A stretch of 63,592 nucleotides of DNA, the filler included, from Nemertoderma westbladi (taxonomy: Eukaryota; Animalia; Xenacoelomorpha), in the NCBI GenBank assembly GCA_032718475.1. It is 4 parts of 4 records of this genome, joined end to end, with 100 filler letters (N's around TTAATTAATTAA, not from the genome) between each part and the next. Parts side by side here need not be neighbours in the genome. Positions count along the whole stretch, not along the records: positions 38,516 to 56,214 come from JAUCBJ010006141.1; positions 56,315 to 63,592 come from JAUCBJ010001550.1; 2 more parts are not named here. One strand, written 5' to 3'. The notes beneath the pieces were generated by a model that saw only the letters and a program-made list of their open reading frames with translations, was not told the origin of the DNA and did no database searches. The number at the start of each line of letters is the position of its first letter. Positions within the stretch are counted from its first letter, which is position 1. A program made the translations under genes and the position numbers. Shown here piece after piece: positions 50,707 to 62,242 of this stretch.

Positions 50707-51039
50707 AATGACAATGTCTGGTAGGTCGTAGCACTGGTGAGTTAATGTGATTCTGTTTGCATAAAGATTGTGTTAAGCTCCTATACTAAGAACGGTTGAC
50801 TTTTGACAGCTTCATGAAATCAAGAAGCGCATCTTTGAAGTTTGTGTCAATTTCACAATTCCAGCCAGCTGACTGATTACGAACAGTAAGTACAGTACTT
50901 AAGTGAAACGTAGTTCTTTAATTAATGTATTCCTTATGTTTCATTAACATCAAAGTAAAAATTACTGCATCGAATAAAACTAAATTAATTTTAATTAGTT
51001 TATTAGTTTCCATAGATACTACCTCGAGATGATATCTCA

Positions 51040-51740
51040 AGATATAATTAATTCAGATGACTTTTCTGAATCTGGACTACTTAACTTAGATAGTAGAGTT
51101 AAGCAGCTACGCCTTAACCATGTGCATAAAGTGTATAATGGTAAATGTCCCAATTACCTAAAACAAAAATTCAACAGAGTACACGATACACACTCTTACA
51201 GTACCAGAGCTAGTGCTTCAAACTTCTACCTCCCGAATTGTAAATCCTTAGAGTCTGATACTTTCTTTTTTAACGGCATTAAAAATTGGAACGCTCTGCC
51301 TAATGAAATTAAAAACCTAGATAATCGACATTCTTTTAAATCTGCAGTTAAATCTCACCTCCGTGTGCAATGTAAAAATAGGTACAATAGTCCTACAGTA
51401 AGTTATTAGTTTATTAATTATTCACTATTTATACTGTAATTACGTTTTATAATAAATTGTTCTGTACATTACATCTTTATCGTTGAGTCGGACAATGTCA
51501 CGCTCTCGGTAAAGTTGTACATGTACATAGTGTAATTACGTTTTATATGGGTTTTAGGTTAGCGTAGTGTAATATTGTATTTGTAACCAAGTAACATAAA
51601 GGACCCCCTTGGAAATAAGCTGCAAAGCTTTAGGGGTAATCCTATATGTTATGTTGGATAATACCTTTATACCGGTACAATGTTTCGTGTATTTGTTATT
51701 GTTTTTACATAATGTATAAATAAATCTATCTATCTATCTA
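51040..51740 (+). mobile_element. L2/CR1-type LINE 3' end
   Basis: CPNYL...HSYSTR...NWNALPNEIK...FKSAVK, then a 3' UTR with AATAAA and a (TCTA)n tail. Confidence 0.85.
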
Positions 51741-52885
51741 AGGCCGTCGTAATATAACGCCTGCTCATTACATTCTGGAATACATCGATCAGCTGATATA
51801 AGAAGTCATACTTTTGGGCATTTTCTTATTGCTGAAGGGTAAAATACCTATATTACTAGAGCTACCGAAAACAAATTGAATCATATAATAATTATATCAA
51901 ATTGAAGACGAAACGCAGGGCATTACCATGTTTTGGGTCACTTTTGTTTTTTAGGCTCGAATTTTGCATAATACCCCTTTAATTACTACTAAATATTCTA
52001 ACTATCTTTGCCGTGGTTATTTAAAAAACGTAGGCTAAATCCTAATAATAATTAGGATAGATGTAGGTATAACGGAAAACTGATTATACTATCCAAATTT
52101 CTGATATCAAACTCTAGTCGAGCATTGTACATTCAGAGTTTTAATGTTTAGCTTGCGTTTTGGTGGGTGTTTCACGAGGCCTACAATTAACTTTACTATA
52201 CTGAGAGTCGTTGTAACTGGCTGCGAGAGGTTCCAGGACGAAGTTCCGAATGCGACCAAGACGAAGGTTTAAAAAGCGCTCATAATGGTCACTTTCGAAC
52301 CTTGGGTGTAACTGGTGTAATATCGCCGGAGACACTTTTTTTTAAACGCTTGTAGGTAAAGATTGAAAGCAAAATTAAAAATTCTGGCTAACCCAGTAAG
52401 TGGTCGGGAGGTGTAACTATACCTGTTTCAAATTTCATGCAATCTCACTAAGATTTGTAGAAACAATGGGGGGGGGGGGGGGGGGCGTGTCACTGAATTA
52501 CGACACTATATTCTGGGACATTGTGTAGAAGCAACCTACCCTATTGATTAAATCAAATACTGTATGTATGTATATGGAAACGTTGAATTCAATATCATTG
52601 AATTAATAAAAAAATAACAAAAAATATAAATGTTTCACTTTTTAAAAATGTGCTAGAACAAAGTATACCTGTAACTTGTACGAGATCATAATTAAAAAAA
52701 CTATTATGAAATGTTCTAGAACACTTTACACAAACTCAGGTAACAACTAAAAACAAGGTAACAGCTAACAAACTTGTACATTTTGGTATAAAATGAAAAT
52801 GGGGGTAGGATGGAACTCTAGCCGTTATTTCAACTTTTTTTATACATGTTATAGAACACGTGTAAGCTATCAATTTTGATAGCTA

Positions 52886-54362
52886 CTACTAGTACTACTA
52901 CTACTAGGATCGGCATGCTGCATTGCAGCTGCATTTTTAGGAATGCTGTGCCGGCTTGTCAACAAAATTGCACCGCCACAACTCCCTATCACCCATGACA
53001 TTTGCTAGATCATCCGCATCTTCAAGGCCAGTGTCCTTTAAGATGCGTCTCAAGAAAGTCATGGGCTGTCCACCATGCTTATTCACTCCATGAGGCTGCC
53101 AAAGTACAAGATTATGCACTGGCTGGTCCTCACGGCGAAAGCAATGTCCTGCAAAGCGGAGGCGATTTTGTTCTAGTGTCAAGCTTGGGGGAACCAATGA
53201 GACACCTCCAATGTTATATAGTGTCTGGTTGGAGATGTGTGCATTGTACTTGACACAATGAACCCGGCGTAGCATTCTTGTGAATGTGCCATCCAGAGAT
53301 TTGGTGTCCTCAGCAGTTAGAGCCCAGCATGGACTCCCGTAGAGGAGTACTGGAACTACTGCTGCTCTAAATAATCGGACCTTAAGTTTCCGATTAATTC
53401 TTGGTGAATTCCAAATCCTGGAAAGCCTATTCAAGGCTGCCCATGCCTTTCCCTTACGTATTCGAAGGTCCTCACCTGACTTCCGGATCCATGATCCCAG
53501 GTAACAGAAGTCGTCCACATGCTCAAGCATACCATCCTTTGAGCTTATGCTCATCCGATCAGAGACTTGCTGAGGACTTTCAAAGTTAACTGTCAGAATT
53601 TTGGTCTTTCTGGAGTTAATAAAAAGACCAACACTAGAAGCAGCATGTTCTAATGAGCTGAGGAGCCGTTGGGCTCCCTCTAATGATTCTGAGAGTACTC
53701 CTAAGTCATCAGCAAAGTCTAGATCAGTTAGGTACTTGGCAGGATTTCCTCGACTTCTGGAGCCAGTAGGTGGAGTTATCATCACCCCATCATCATTATG
53801 ATGATCTAAGGACATGCATAGAACATAGTCAACCACAATAATGAACAAGAATGGTGCAAGTGTGTCTCCTTGGAGGACGCCCCATAACACTTCAAATGGT
53901 TCTGTGTCACCGTCAACAGTAGACACAAATGTTGTCGAACCATCGTATACTGATCTTATTGCTGCAATAATTTCATCAGGAATCCCATATAATGAAAGTA
54001 TGCTGAACATACGTGAGCGAGAGACTGAATCAAAGGCCTTGAAGAAGTCAACAAAGATAACAGCCAGATGCCTGACTTTCTTTTTGGATAATTCTTCAAT
54101 TATCCTTCTAAGTGCCAAAATAGGCTCCATGGTCCCACGACCTTTACGGAACCCATTCTGATTTCCACGGAGCAGTCTCTCAATGGGATCCCTGATGCGA
54201 TTTAATAGAATTCTATTGTATAGCTTTGCAGCAATCGAGATCAATGAGATTCCCCGAAAAGAACCATAGAGTGTTAGGTTGCCCTTCTTGGGAACTGGCA
54301 CCAACTTATTTGTTTTCATTTCTTGTGGGACTCTTGTTGTTCGGTACATGTCTACTATGATG
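52886..54362 (-). mobile_element. RTE-clade LINE, 5'-truncated, with an uninterrupted RT frame
   Basis: FRGISL, QNGFR, FVDFFKAFDSV, GVLQGDTLAP, FADD; (TAG)n tail at 52886-52908. Confidence 0.95.
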
Positions 54363-54414
54363 TATAAATAACTACTACTCACTGTTAGGGTGGATATAAA
54401 TAACTACTACTCAC

Positions 54415-54596
54415 TGTTAGGGTGGATATTCCTTCATTTAATTGATCTGTCTGTATCGAAGAATCGTCGTTAGTACCAGGTAGGCTCCATTCTATGTCGT
54501 CCAACAGGGGCCAAGCCTGGAAACGGCATTCTAGATCAACGGCATCACCCAAAATAGCTTCATATATTTTAACAGTCTGAATGTCCACGGGGATGG
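54415..54596 (-). CDS. Isolated immunoglobulin-domain exon (N-terminal half of an I-set-like domain)
   Basis: Acceptor TTTTTTCCAG| and donor |GTGAGT; AIPVDIQTVKIYEAILGDAVDLECRFQAWPLLDDIEW...STLT (G..V.L.C, P, W, STLT); phase 1-0. Confidence 0.7.
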
Positions 54597-54829
54597 CTGG
54601 AAAAAATCGACAAAACGTCATAACAATACTTAATTGTTTTAACTTTCAACAAAATTTTGTTTCAACAAAATTCAGAAGTGCCGAAATGATAAGGCGCAGA
54701 AAGAGTCCCGACTCAAACAGACTACAGCGGCTAAGAATGCAGTTAAGGCTGCACCTAGGTCCCTGAATAAGCAGTACTCTGTTAATCTACAGGAGCTAAT
54801 AAACCAAAGCAAAAGCATTTATAAATTAC

Positions 54830-55812
54830 GGGTTAATTGTATGGGGTAACGCGGCCCATTCAATAATTAATCCTATCCGCACTAAAATTAATAAATTACT
54901 GCGTGCAATCACGTTTAGTGATAGATTTTCCTCCTCTGTGCCTATTTACAAATCTTTGAATATTTTACCTATCCACGCGCTCTACAAATATCAGGTTTTA
55001 ATATTTATGTATAATGTTTTAAAAGGTAATTGTCCAAGCGATTTAAAAAGGTTGTTTTCTAGAACTGACGCTGTCCATTCCCATAGAACACGGTCGGCTA
55101 GCCAAAATAATTTCTATATTCCATCAACTCGTATTCTTGTATCTCAAAGATCACTAAAATATCAGGGTCCTTTTTTGTGGAATTTATTGCCTACTTCAAT
55201 TAAAGAATGTCAATCATTAAACATATTTTCTGCTAAACTAAAAAAATACTTAATTAATGAACTGTAACTGCGGGGTCTATGTCTGGTGCTTTGGTCAGTT
55301 GTCATTGCGGTGTCGCTAACGGATCGTATTATTAACGTTGTTGTCGATTCCGTTATCCACTTATAATTTGGGTTTACTTTATTTCTAACTTTGCTCCTTG
55401 TGTGTAATTTTTAATTCAAATGTCGTGCCTTCGTACAGATGGATCGTCACTTTTATGTATTCATATATTTCTACGCGGTGCTTTAAATTTAATTATATAT
55501 AACGTATACGGTAGTAATTCTAATGAACACAATATATACTGTATTAAAATCGTCAATAACCTTCTAAACGGCGCACAGCCACGTACTAGCTTTGCTATAT
55601 TGCTGTGTTGCCCTTTTCACTATTACCTAGTTAAATTTTAATTTCACATTACCTTTAAAACTTAACGCTCCGGCACTTATTTCGAGGAAATTAACTGTTT
55701 GTAAATACGTAAATTTTGATTGAAATTTTTTTTTTGTTATGTATATTGTATGTACTTTATATATATATTAGTGAAATAAATAAATAAACTGAAACTGAAA
55801 CTGAAACTGAAA
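54830..55812 (+). mobile_element. L2/Crack-like LINE 3' end
   Basis: PIYKSLNIL...HSHRTRS...YQGPFLWNLLP...KLKKYL, then AATAAA and a (CTGAAA)n tail. Confidence 0.85.
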
Positions 55813-55815
55813 CAG

Positions 55816-56214
55816 GTTGATGCCATCAATGATGCTGACGACAGCAGGCAATCATCCCAGGCATGGAAATCGATCGACTTGCTTACTGGTCGGAAAAGCC
55901 AACCAACCACCAAGGTTAAGGCTGAATCACCAGCCGATCGCCTCAATGGTTGGAAAGCCCAGCCTAAATAATGACAGGGTATTGCCTGATAACTTTATAG
56001 AAGTAAAAGTGTCTGAGTCTGTACTCCCAGATATTCCCATTGGCGATATCTCCTTTGCATAAGTGAAGGCTGCTGCAAAGAGCATTAAGACCAATCGTGC
56101 CAGTGGAGTAGATGGTGTTCCCCCTGAGGTCTTTAAAATACCTGAGTGTTTAAAGCTCATCTATCCCATCATAGTAGACATGTACCGAACAACAAGAGTC
56201 CCACAAGAAATGAA
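55816..56214 (+). mobile_element. RTE-clade LINE fragment, same family as 52886-54362, cut by the gap
   Basis: RASGVDGVPPEVFK...IVDMYRTTRVPQEM overlaps the start of the other copy. Confidence 0.85.
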
Positions 56215-56314
56215 NNNNNNNNNNNNNNNNNNNNNNNNNNNNNNNNNNNNNNNNNNNNTTAATTAATTAANNNNNNNNNNNNNNNNNNNNNNNNNNNNNN
56301 NNNNNNNNNNNNNN
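56215..56314. other. Artificial contig spacer
   Basis: 44 N + TTAATTAATTAA + 44 N. Confidence 0.97.
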
Positions 56315-57097
56315 TAATGTTATTTGATAGACCCTACATGAGTCAGTCCGTGTTCCTTTTATATATAACTAAAATCAGTGAAGATCGGCAGAGCAGTGTG
56401 CAGTATTGTGCAGCATTGTGTATGAGTGAGCCTGATAACGAAGCATTTCCTAAAGAATGCGCCATATATGTGAATTATAACTAAGCCATATCGTTGTGAG
56501 TAGTTTAAGTCATAACTCTGTTTTTATAGATAGAGCGCCACGTCCTAAAGGAACTGTTAATATTCCCCGAAGGTAAATAATATTGTCAGAGATTATATAA
56601 TACTGTCAGTCGAATAATACATTAGGCTTACATAGCAATAAAATTAAGCCGTCGAACCCAATCTCCCGGGTATATCCAGCGGGTGAATGATCGCGCACAG
56701 ATTGGTTTCGACTAGTGTAGTGAATTAAATACTTGTCATAGACTAAAGGTGATTTATTATCTAGAATACATCCTAATTTGGCGGGTTAAACTGCCAAAGG
56801 TCTGAAAGCGCGAACATACATTATAAACAGTTGATGTTTGATTACTGTCTGTGATAGTGTGAGTGAGTAAACACAACCTTTTTTTCCACGTCCTGGGGTT
56901 GAGCTGCGTCGAATGATATAACTTTCATTGACGGACGAGCTATTGCTTCGGAGGAGCTCACCTGATATACATATAAATAAATATTGATAGAGAATACTTA
57001 CAGTAAGAAGTCCTAATGGTCATTTAATAATAATTACTGCAAGCTGCCTTACCATGATGGTCAGTCAGGTGAGGAATACGTAAGGGTATAGGAACGT

Positions 57098-58105
57098 ACT
57101 AGGAACGGCATGCTGCATTGCAGCTGCATTTTTAAGAATGCTGTGCCGGCTTGTGGACAAAATTGCGCCGCCACAATTCCCTATCACCCATGACATTTGC
57201 TAGATCATCCGCATCTTCAAGGCCAGTGTCCTTTAAGATGCGTATCAAGAAAGTCATGGGCTGTCCACCATGCTTATTTACTCCAAGAGGCTGCCAAAGT
57301 TCAAGATTATGCACTGGCTGGTCCTCACGGCAAAAACAATGTCCTGCAAAGCGGAGGCGATTTTGTTCTAGTGCCAAGCTTGGGGGAACTAATGAGACAC
57401 CTCCAATGTTATATAGTGTCTGGTTGGAGATGTGTGCATTGTACTGGACACAATGTACCCGGCGTAGCATTCTTGTGAATGTGCCATCCAGAGATTTGGT
57501 GTCCTCAGCAGTTAGAGCCCATGGACTCCCATAGAGGAGTACTGGAACTACTGCTGCTCTAAATAATCGGACCTTAAGTTTCCGATTAATTCTCGGTGAC
57601 TTCCAAATCCTGGAAAGCCTATTCAAGGCTACCCATGCCTTTCCCTTACGTATTCGAAGACTTATTATCAGACGTATTCGTCTGACTTCCGGATCCATGA
57701 TCCCAGGTAACAGAAGTCGTCCACATGCTCAAGCATACCATTCTTTGAGCTTATGCTCATCCGATCAGAGACTTGCTGAGGACTTTCAAAGTTAACTGTC
57801 AAAATTTTGGACTTTCTAGAGTTAATAAAAAGACCAACACTGGAAGCAGCATGTTCTAATGAGCTGAGGAGCCGTTGGGCTCCCTCTAGTGATTCTGAGA
57901 GTACTCCTAAGTCATCAGGAAAGTCTAGATCAGTTAGGTACTTGGCAGGATTTCCTCGACTTCTGGAGCCAGTAGGTGGAGTTATCATCACCCCATCATC
58001 ATTATGATGATCTAAGGACATGCGTAGAACATAGTCAACCACAATTATGAACAATAATGGCGCAAGTGTGTCTCCCTGGAGGACGCCCCAAAACACTTCA
58101 AATGT
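57098..58105 (-). mobile_element. RTE-clade LINE copy, 5'-truncated
   Basis: Highly similar to 52886-53900. Confidence 0.92.
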
Positions 58106-58319
58106 TTATGTGTTAACAGACCGATACTAATAGGTCGATCTACCTAGTAGTAGTATGGCTATCACGGTGAGATCTTAGAGTAACAACTAATGTGAGGTCC
58201 ATTATATTTTGTCGGAGTTGGACGATTTAGGATATGTTGGTACTTAACGTTTCCCCGATTTATATACTAACTCACACGTCACTCATGTTCACCAACCCAA
58301 ATTCGAGAAAAATAGTATG

Positions 58320-58391
58320 AGCAGAGTGGCGCAGTGGAAGCGTCCTGGGCCCATAACCCAGAGGTCCGTGGATCGAAACCACGCTCTGCTA
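58320..58391 (+). tRNA. trnM: Initiator tRNA-Met (CAT), variant copy
   Basis: AGCAGAGTGGCGCAGTGGAAGCGTCCTGGGCCCATAACCCAGAGGTCCGTGGATCGAAACCACGCTCTGCTA with A1-U72 and a GAUCG T-loop; an oligo-T terminator follows. Confidence 0.93.
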
Positions 58392-58732
58392 ACTAAATTT
58401 TTTGCCAGCTAAAAATTAAGCTGCTTCGTACAGGTTAATGTGTAAAAATAATCATGGTGTGTTGTACATAATATAAAAAAGTGGAAAATTATGCCATTTT
58501 CGTCAGCCTTGATTTGTTTGTTACGAAAATATAAAACAGTTTTTAAATAGTTTATAGATCAAACCTTTTCATACCATTACTGTAAGTAGCTGTTACCCAT
58601 TGCTTTCCGTGCGTAGGTGACGATTTTATTCAGCTGAGCGGTGAGGATATAGCAAGTGACATTAAAAAACTGAATCGCGGTATATCATCAGACCTTTATA
58701 CCCTGTCATCGGAATCCCCTTTCTTCGCAATT

Positions 58733-59050
58733 TCATTATGGTACATGTCTGTACTGAACAATCTCGAATCATTATGGTACATGTCTGTACTGAACAATCT
58801 CGAATCATTATGGTATATGTCTGTACTGAACAATCTCGAATCATTATGTAACATGTCTGTACTGAACAATCTCGAATCATTATGGTACATGTCTGTACTG
58901 AACAATCTCGATTCATTATGGTACATGTCTGTACTGAACAATCTCGATTCATTATGGTACATGTCTGTACTGAACAATCTCGAATCATTATGGTACATGT
59001 CTGTACTGAACAATCTCGAATCATTATGGTACATGTCTGTACTGAACAAT
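58733..59050. repeat. 36-bp minisatellite, ~9 copies
   Basis: TCATTATGGTACATGTCTGTACTGAACAATCTCGAA. Confidence 0.95.
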
Positions 59051-59589
59051 GTCGATTATAATTTTGATATAAGCGAGTGAACTTGTTGCCGATTACTTCA
59101 AGCACCTTCCATGACTACACCTTTTATTGCACTTTACCACGTATTCCATGTCTTAACCTACATATTTTGCGACGCAGATTTTCAACTTTTAAACCTGTGC
59201 TAAGATTTTAAAAATCAACGTAAACCCAGAATTTTACTATATTTAATGAGCATTAGCCAATTCCTGGATGCGAATTTTAAGGCTTTTAACCTGTACTTAG
59301 TACTTAGTACTGTCTTAGTGTTTTTGCTCATAATCCTTGAGTCAAGACTTTATTTTAACTTTTATTAATTAAATTAAAAAATTAAAAATTTATTTAAAAG
59401 TTTCAAGAGTTAATCTGAGTAATTTGTTAATTATTTGTATGACTTACATAATTGTAAATGTCAATTGTACAATATTGTTAATTGTGTGTCAATTGTAATG
59501 TCAATTGTATAATTGTTAATTGTGTGCCCAGTTTCTATATCTAGCAAATAAAGGCACCTGGGCCAGCCAGGATTTTAATAATAATAATA

Positions 59590-60258
59590 TTCACTCCATG
59601 AGGCTGCCAAAGCACAAGATTATGCACTAGCTGGTCCTCACAGCGAAAGCAATGTCCTGCAAAGCGGAGGCGATTTTGTTCTAGTGTCAAGCTTGGGGGA
59701 ACCAATGAGACACCTCCAATGTTATATAGTGTCTGGTTGGAGATGTGTGCATTGTACTTGACAGAGTGAACCCAGCGTAGCATTCTTGTGAATGTGCCAT
59801 CCAGAGATTTGGTGTCTTCAGCAGTTAGAGCCCAGCATGGACTCCCATAGAGGAGTACTGGAACTACTGCTGCTTCCTTTGAACTATGCTCATCCGGTCA
59901 GAGACTTGCTGAGGACTTTCAAAGTTAACTGTCAAAATTTTGGTATTTTTGGAGTTAATAAAAAGATCAACACTAGAAGTAGCCTTGTTCTAATAAGCTG
60001 AGGAACCGTTGGGCTCCCTCTCGTGATTCTGAGAGTACTCCTAAGTCATCAGCAAAGTCTAGAACAGTTAGATGCTTAGCAGGATTTCCTCGACTTCTGG
60101 AGCCAGTTAGGTGGAGTTACCATCACCCCATCATCATTATGATGATCTAAGTACATGCGTAGAACATAGTCAACCACAATTATGAACAAGAATGGCATAA
60201 GTGTGTCTCCCTGGAGGACACCCCATAACACTTCAAATGTTTATGTGTCACCGTCAAC
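59590..60258 (-). mobile_element. RTE-clade LINE copy with an internal deletion
   Basis: Same family; shares its 5' junction and flank with the copy at 57098. Confidence 0.88.
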
Positions 60259-60461
60259 AGACCGATACTAATAGGTCGATCGACCTAGTAGTAGTATGGC
60301 TATCACGGTGAGGTTTTAGAGTAACAACTAATGTGAGGTCCATTATTTTATTGTCGGGGTTGGACGATTTAGGATATGTTGGTACTTAACGTTTCCCCGA
60401 TTTATATACTAACTCACACGTCACTCATGTTCACCAACCCAAATTCGAGAGAAACAGTATG

Positions 60462-60533
60462 AGCAGAGTGGCGCAGTGGAAGCGTGCTGGGCCCATAACC
60501 CAGAGGTCCGTGGATCGAAACCACGCTCTGCTA
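60462..60533 (+). tRNA. trnM: Initiator tRNA-Met (CAT)
   Basis: Canonical metazoan tRNAi-Met sequence with intact A and B boxes and a T-run terminator. Confidence 0.96.
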
Positions 60534-61237
60534 ACTAAATTTTTTTGCCAGCTCAAAATTAAGCTGCTTTCGTACAGGTTAATGTGTAAAAATAATCATA
60601 GTGTGTTGTACATAATATAAAAAAAAAGTGGAAAATTATGCTATTTTCGTCAGCCTTGATTTATTTGTTACGAAAATATAAAACAGTTTTTAAATAGTTA
60701 TAGATCAAACCGTTTCATACCATTAATGTAAGTAGGCTTGTTGTTACCCATTGCTTAGTCAATGGATAAATAATAATAAACACCATGGAGCAATTTCTGA
60801 TGACACGGACCCCCCTTCCCCCCAAATATTGCTAGAAATTTTAAACTCAAGTAGTTCAACTCACCGTGGTTGTTCCCATGAAGCCGGAATTTTCGATTTT
60901 GCCTTTAAATTTTTTTTATAAGTTATATATATATATATAAGTCTTATAATAATAATAATAATAAATGGATTTACAGCTCCACGGTCGAGCCGGGCGCTGA
61001 AGGGTATGAACCCTAGAGTGAGAGACAGACAGTGGGTAAGTGCACGAAAAATATAGTAATACAATTAAGGATGATCCTTGACAGTTCAGTAGTAGCTATA
61101 TGTGTTAATACAATACAGAGGCTGCAGGAACATGCCAGGTGTCATGTGCACAGGTTATCATCATTTTACCTGTGCACAAAATGCTCCCAGTAGATCGCTG
61201 CGAGCCGCTGCTTGATATGTAGATGTATTACATATTG

Positions 61238-61596
61238 AGTATGTAAATAGTATTACTGTGTTATGATCCTCGTGGCTTTATTTTCACTCACTCACTAACG
61301 TTCGTTCGTGTAACAAAGCCACTCGGATCATCACACTGTAAAGTGCTACTTTACACATAAGTATGTAAATAGTATTACAGTGTTATGATCCTCATGGCTT
61401 TATTTTCACTCACTCACTACGTTCGTTCATTTAACAAAGCCACTCGGATCATCACACTGTAAATTGCTACTTTACCCATAAGTATGTAAATAGTTATTAC
61501 AGTGTTATGATCCTCGTGGCTTTATTTTCACTCACTCACTACGTTCGTTCATGTAACAAAGCACTCGTATCATCACACTGTAATGTGCTACTTTAC
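61238..61596. repeat. ~121-bp tandem repeat x3, each unit a long imperfect foldback
   Basis: Units start at 61238, 61360 and 61481. Confidence 0.9.
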
Positions 61597-61672
61597 TTTT
61601 GAAATTCCCGCAAATAGCCTTGCCTACATATAATTTGTTCCAATATTCGCTAACCCGACTCGTTGTTTCTAG

Positions 61673-61844
61673 CATGAGGGCTCGTGTTAGCTATCATGAG
61701 GGCTCGTGTTAGCTATCATGAGGGCTCGTGTTAGCTATCATGAGGGCTCGTGTTAGCTATCATGAGGGCTCGTGTTAGCTATCATGAGGGCTCGTGTTAG
61801 CTATCATGGGGGCTCGTGTTAGCTATCATGAGGGCTCGTGTTAG
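61673..61844. repeat. 22-bp minisatellite (CATGAGGGCTCGTGTTAGCTAT), ~8 copies
   Basis: Direct tandem repeat. Confidence 0.95.
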
Positions 61845-62242
61845 AAAAATACTTTTTCATGTCCCTTCCCGGGTTCCGTAGATGTCCTATAATTTAATTT
61901 GAACTTTTTATATATAAATACGCTTTAAATTATTTATTTTAACATTATTTACCATATACACCATGAACTATAATATTCTATTAATTATTATTTTATTCTA
62001 TTAAATAAATACACTTTGTTCTGGAACATTTTGTTTTTTTGTTAAGTATGAATAGCTACGCAATATATTGGATAGGAATACCGCTGTTGCCAACCAACTC
62101 ATAAAATAAATAATACATTCTAGAATTTTGTTTATTTATTGAATAGAATAAATGGCATCTAGCGAACAATAATTCTTGCAATCTTTGAACGCCTATATCT
62201 CAGATGTTTCTCAACGAAATTCAGATATTGTTACATATTTCG

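Noticed and set aside
58662-59105. Repeat proteins in three frames
   Set aside because: A 36-bp minisatellite that happens to lack stops; no coding evidence.
57098-60533. RTE targeting upstream of tRNA genes
   Set aside because: Both cases share one junction, so they are one event duplicated; the other RTE copies are not near tRNAs.
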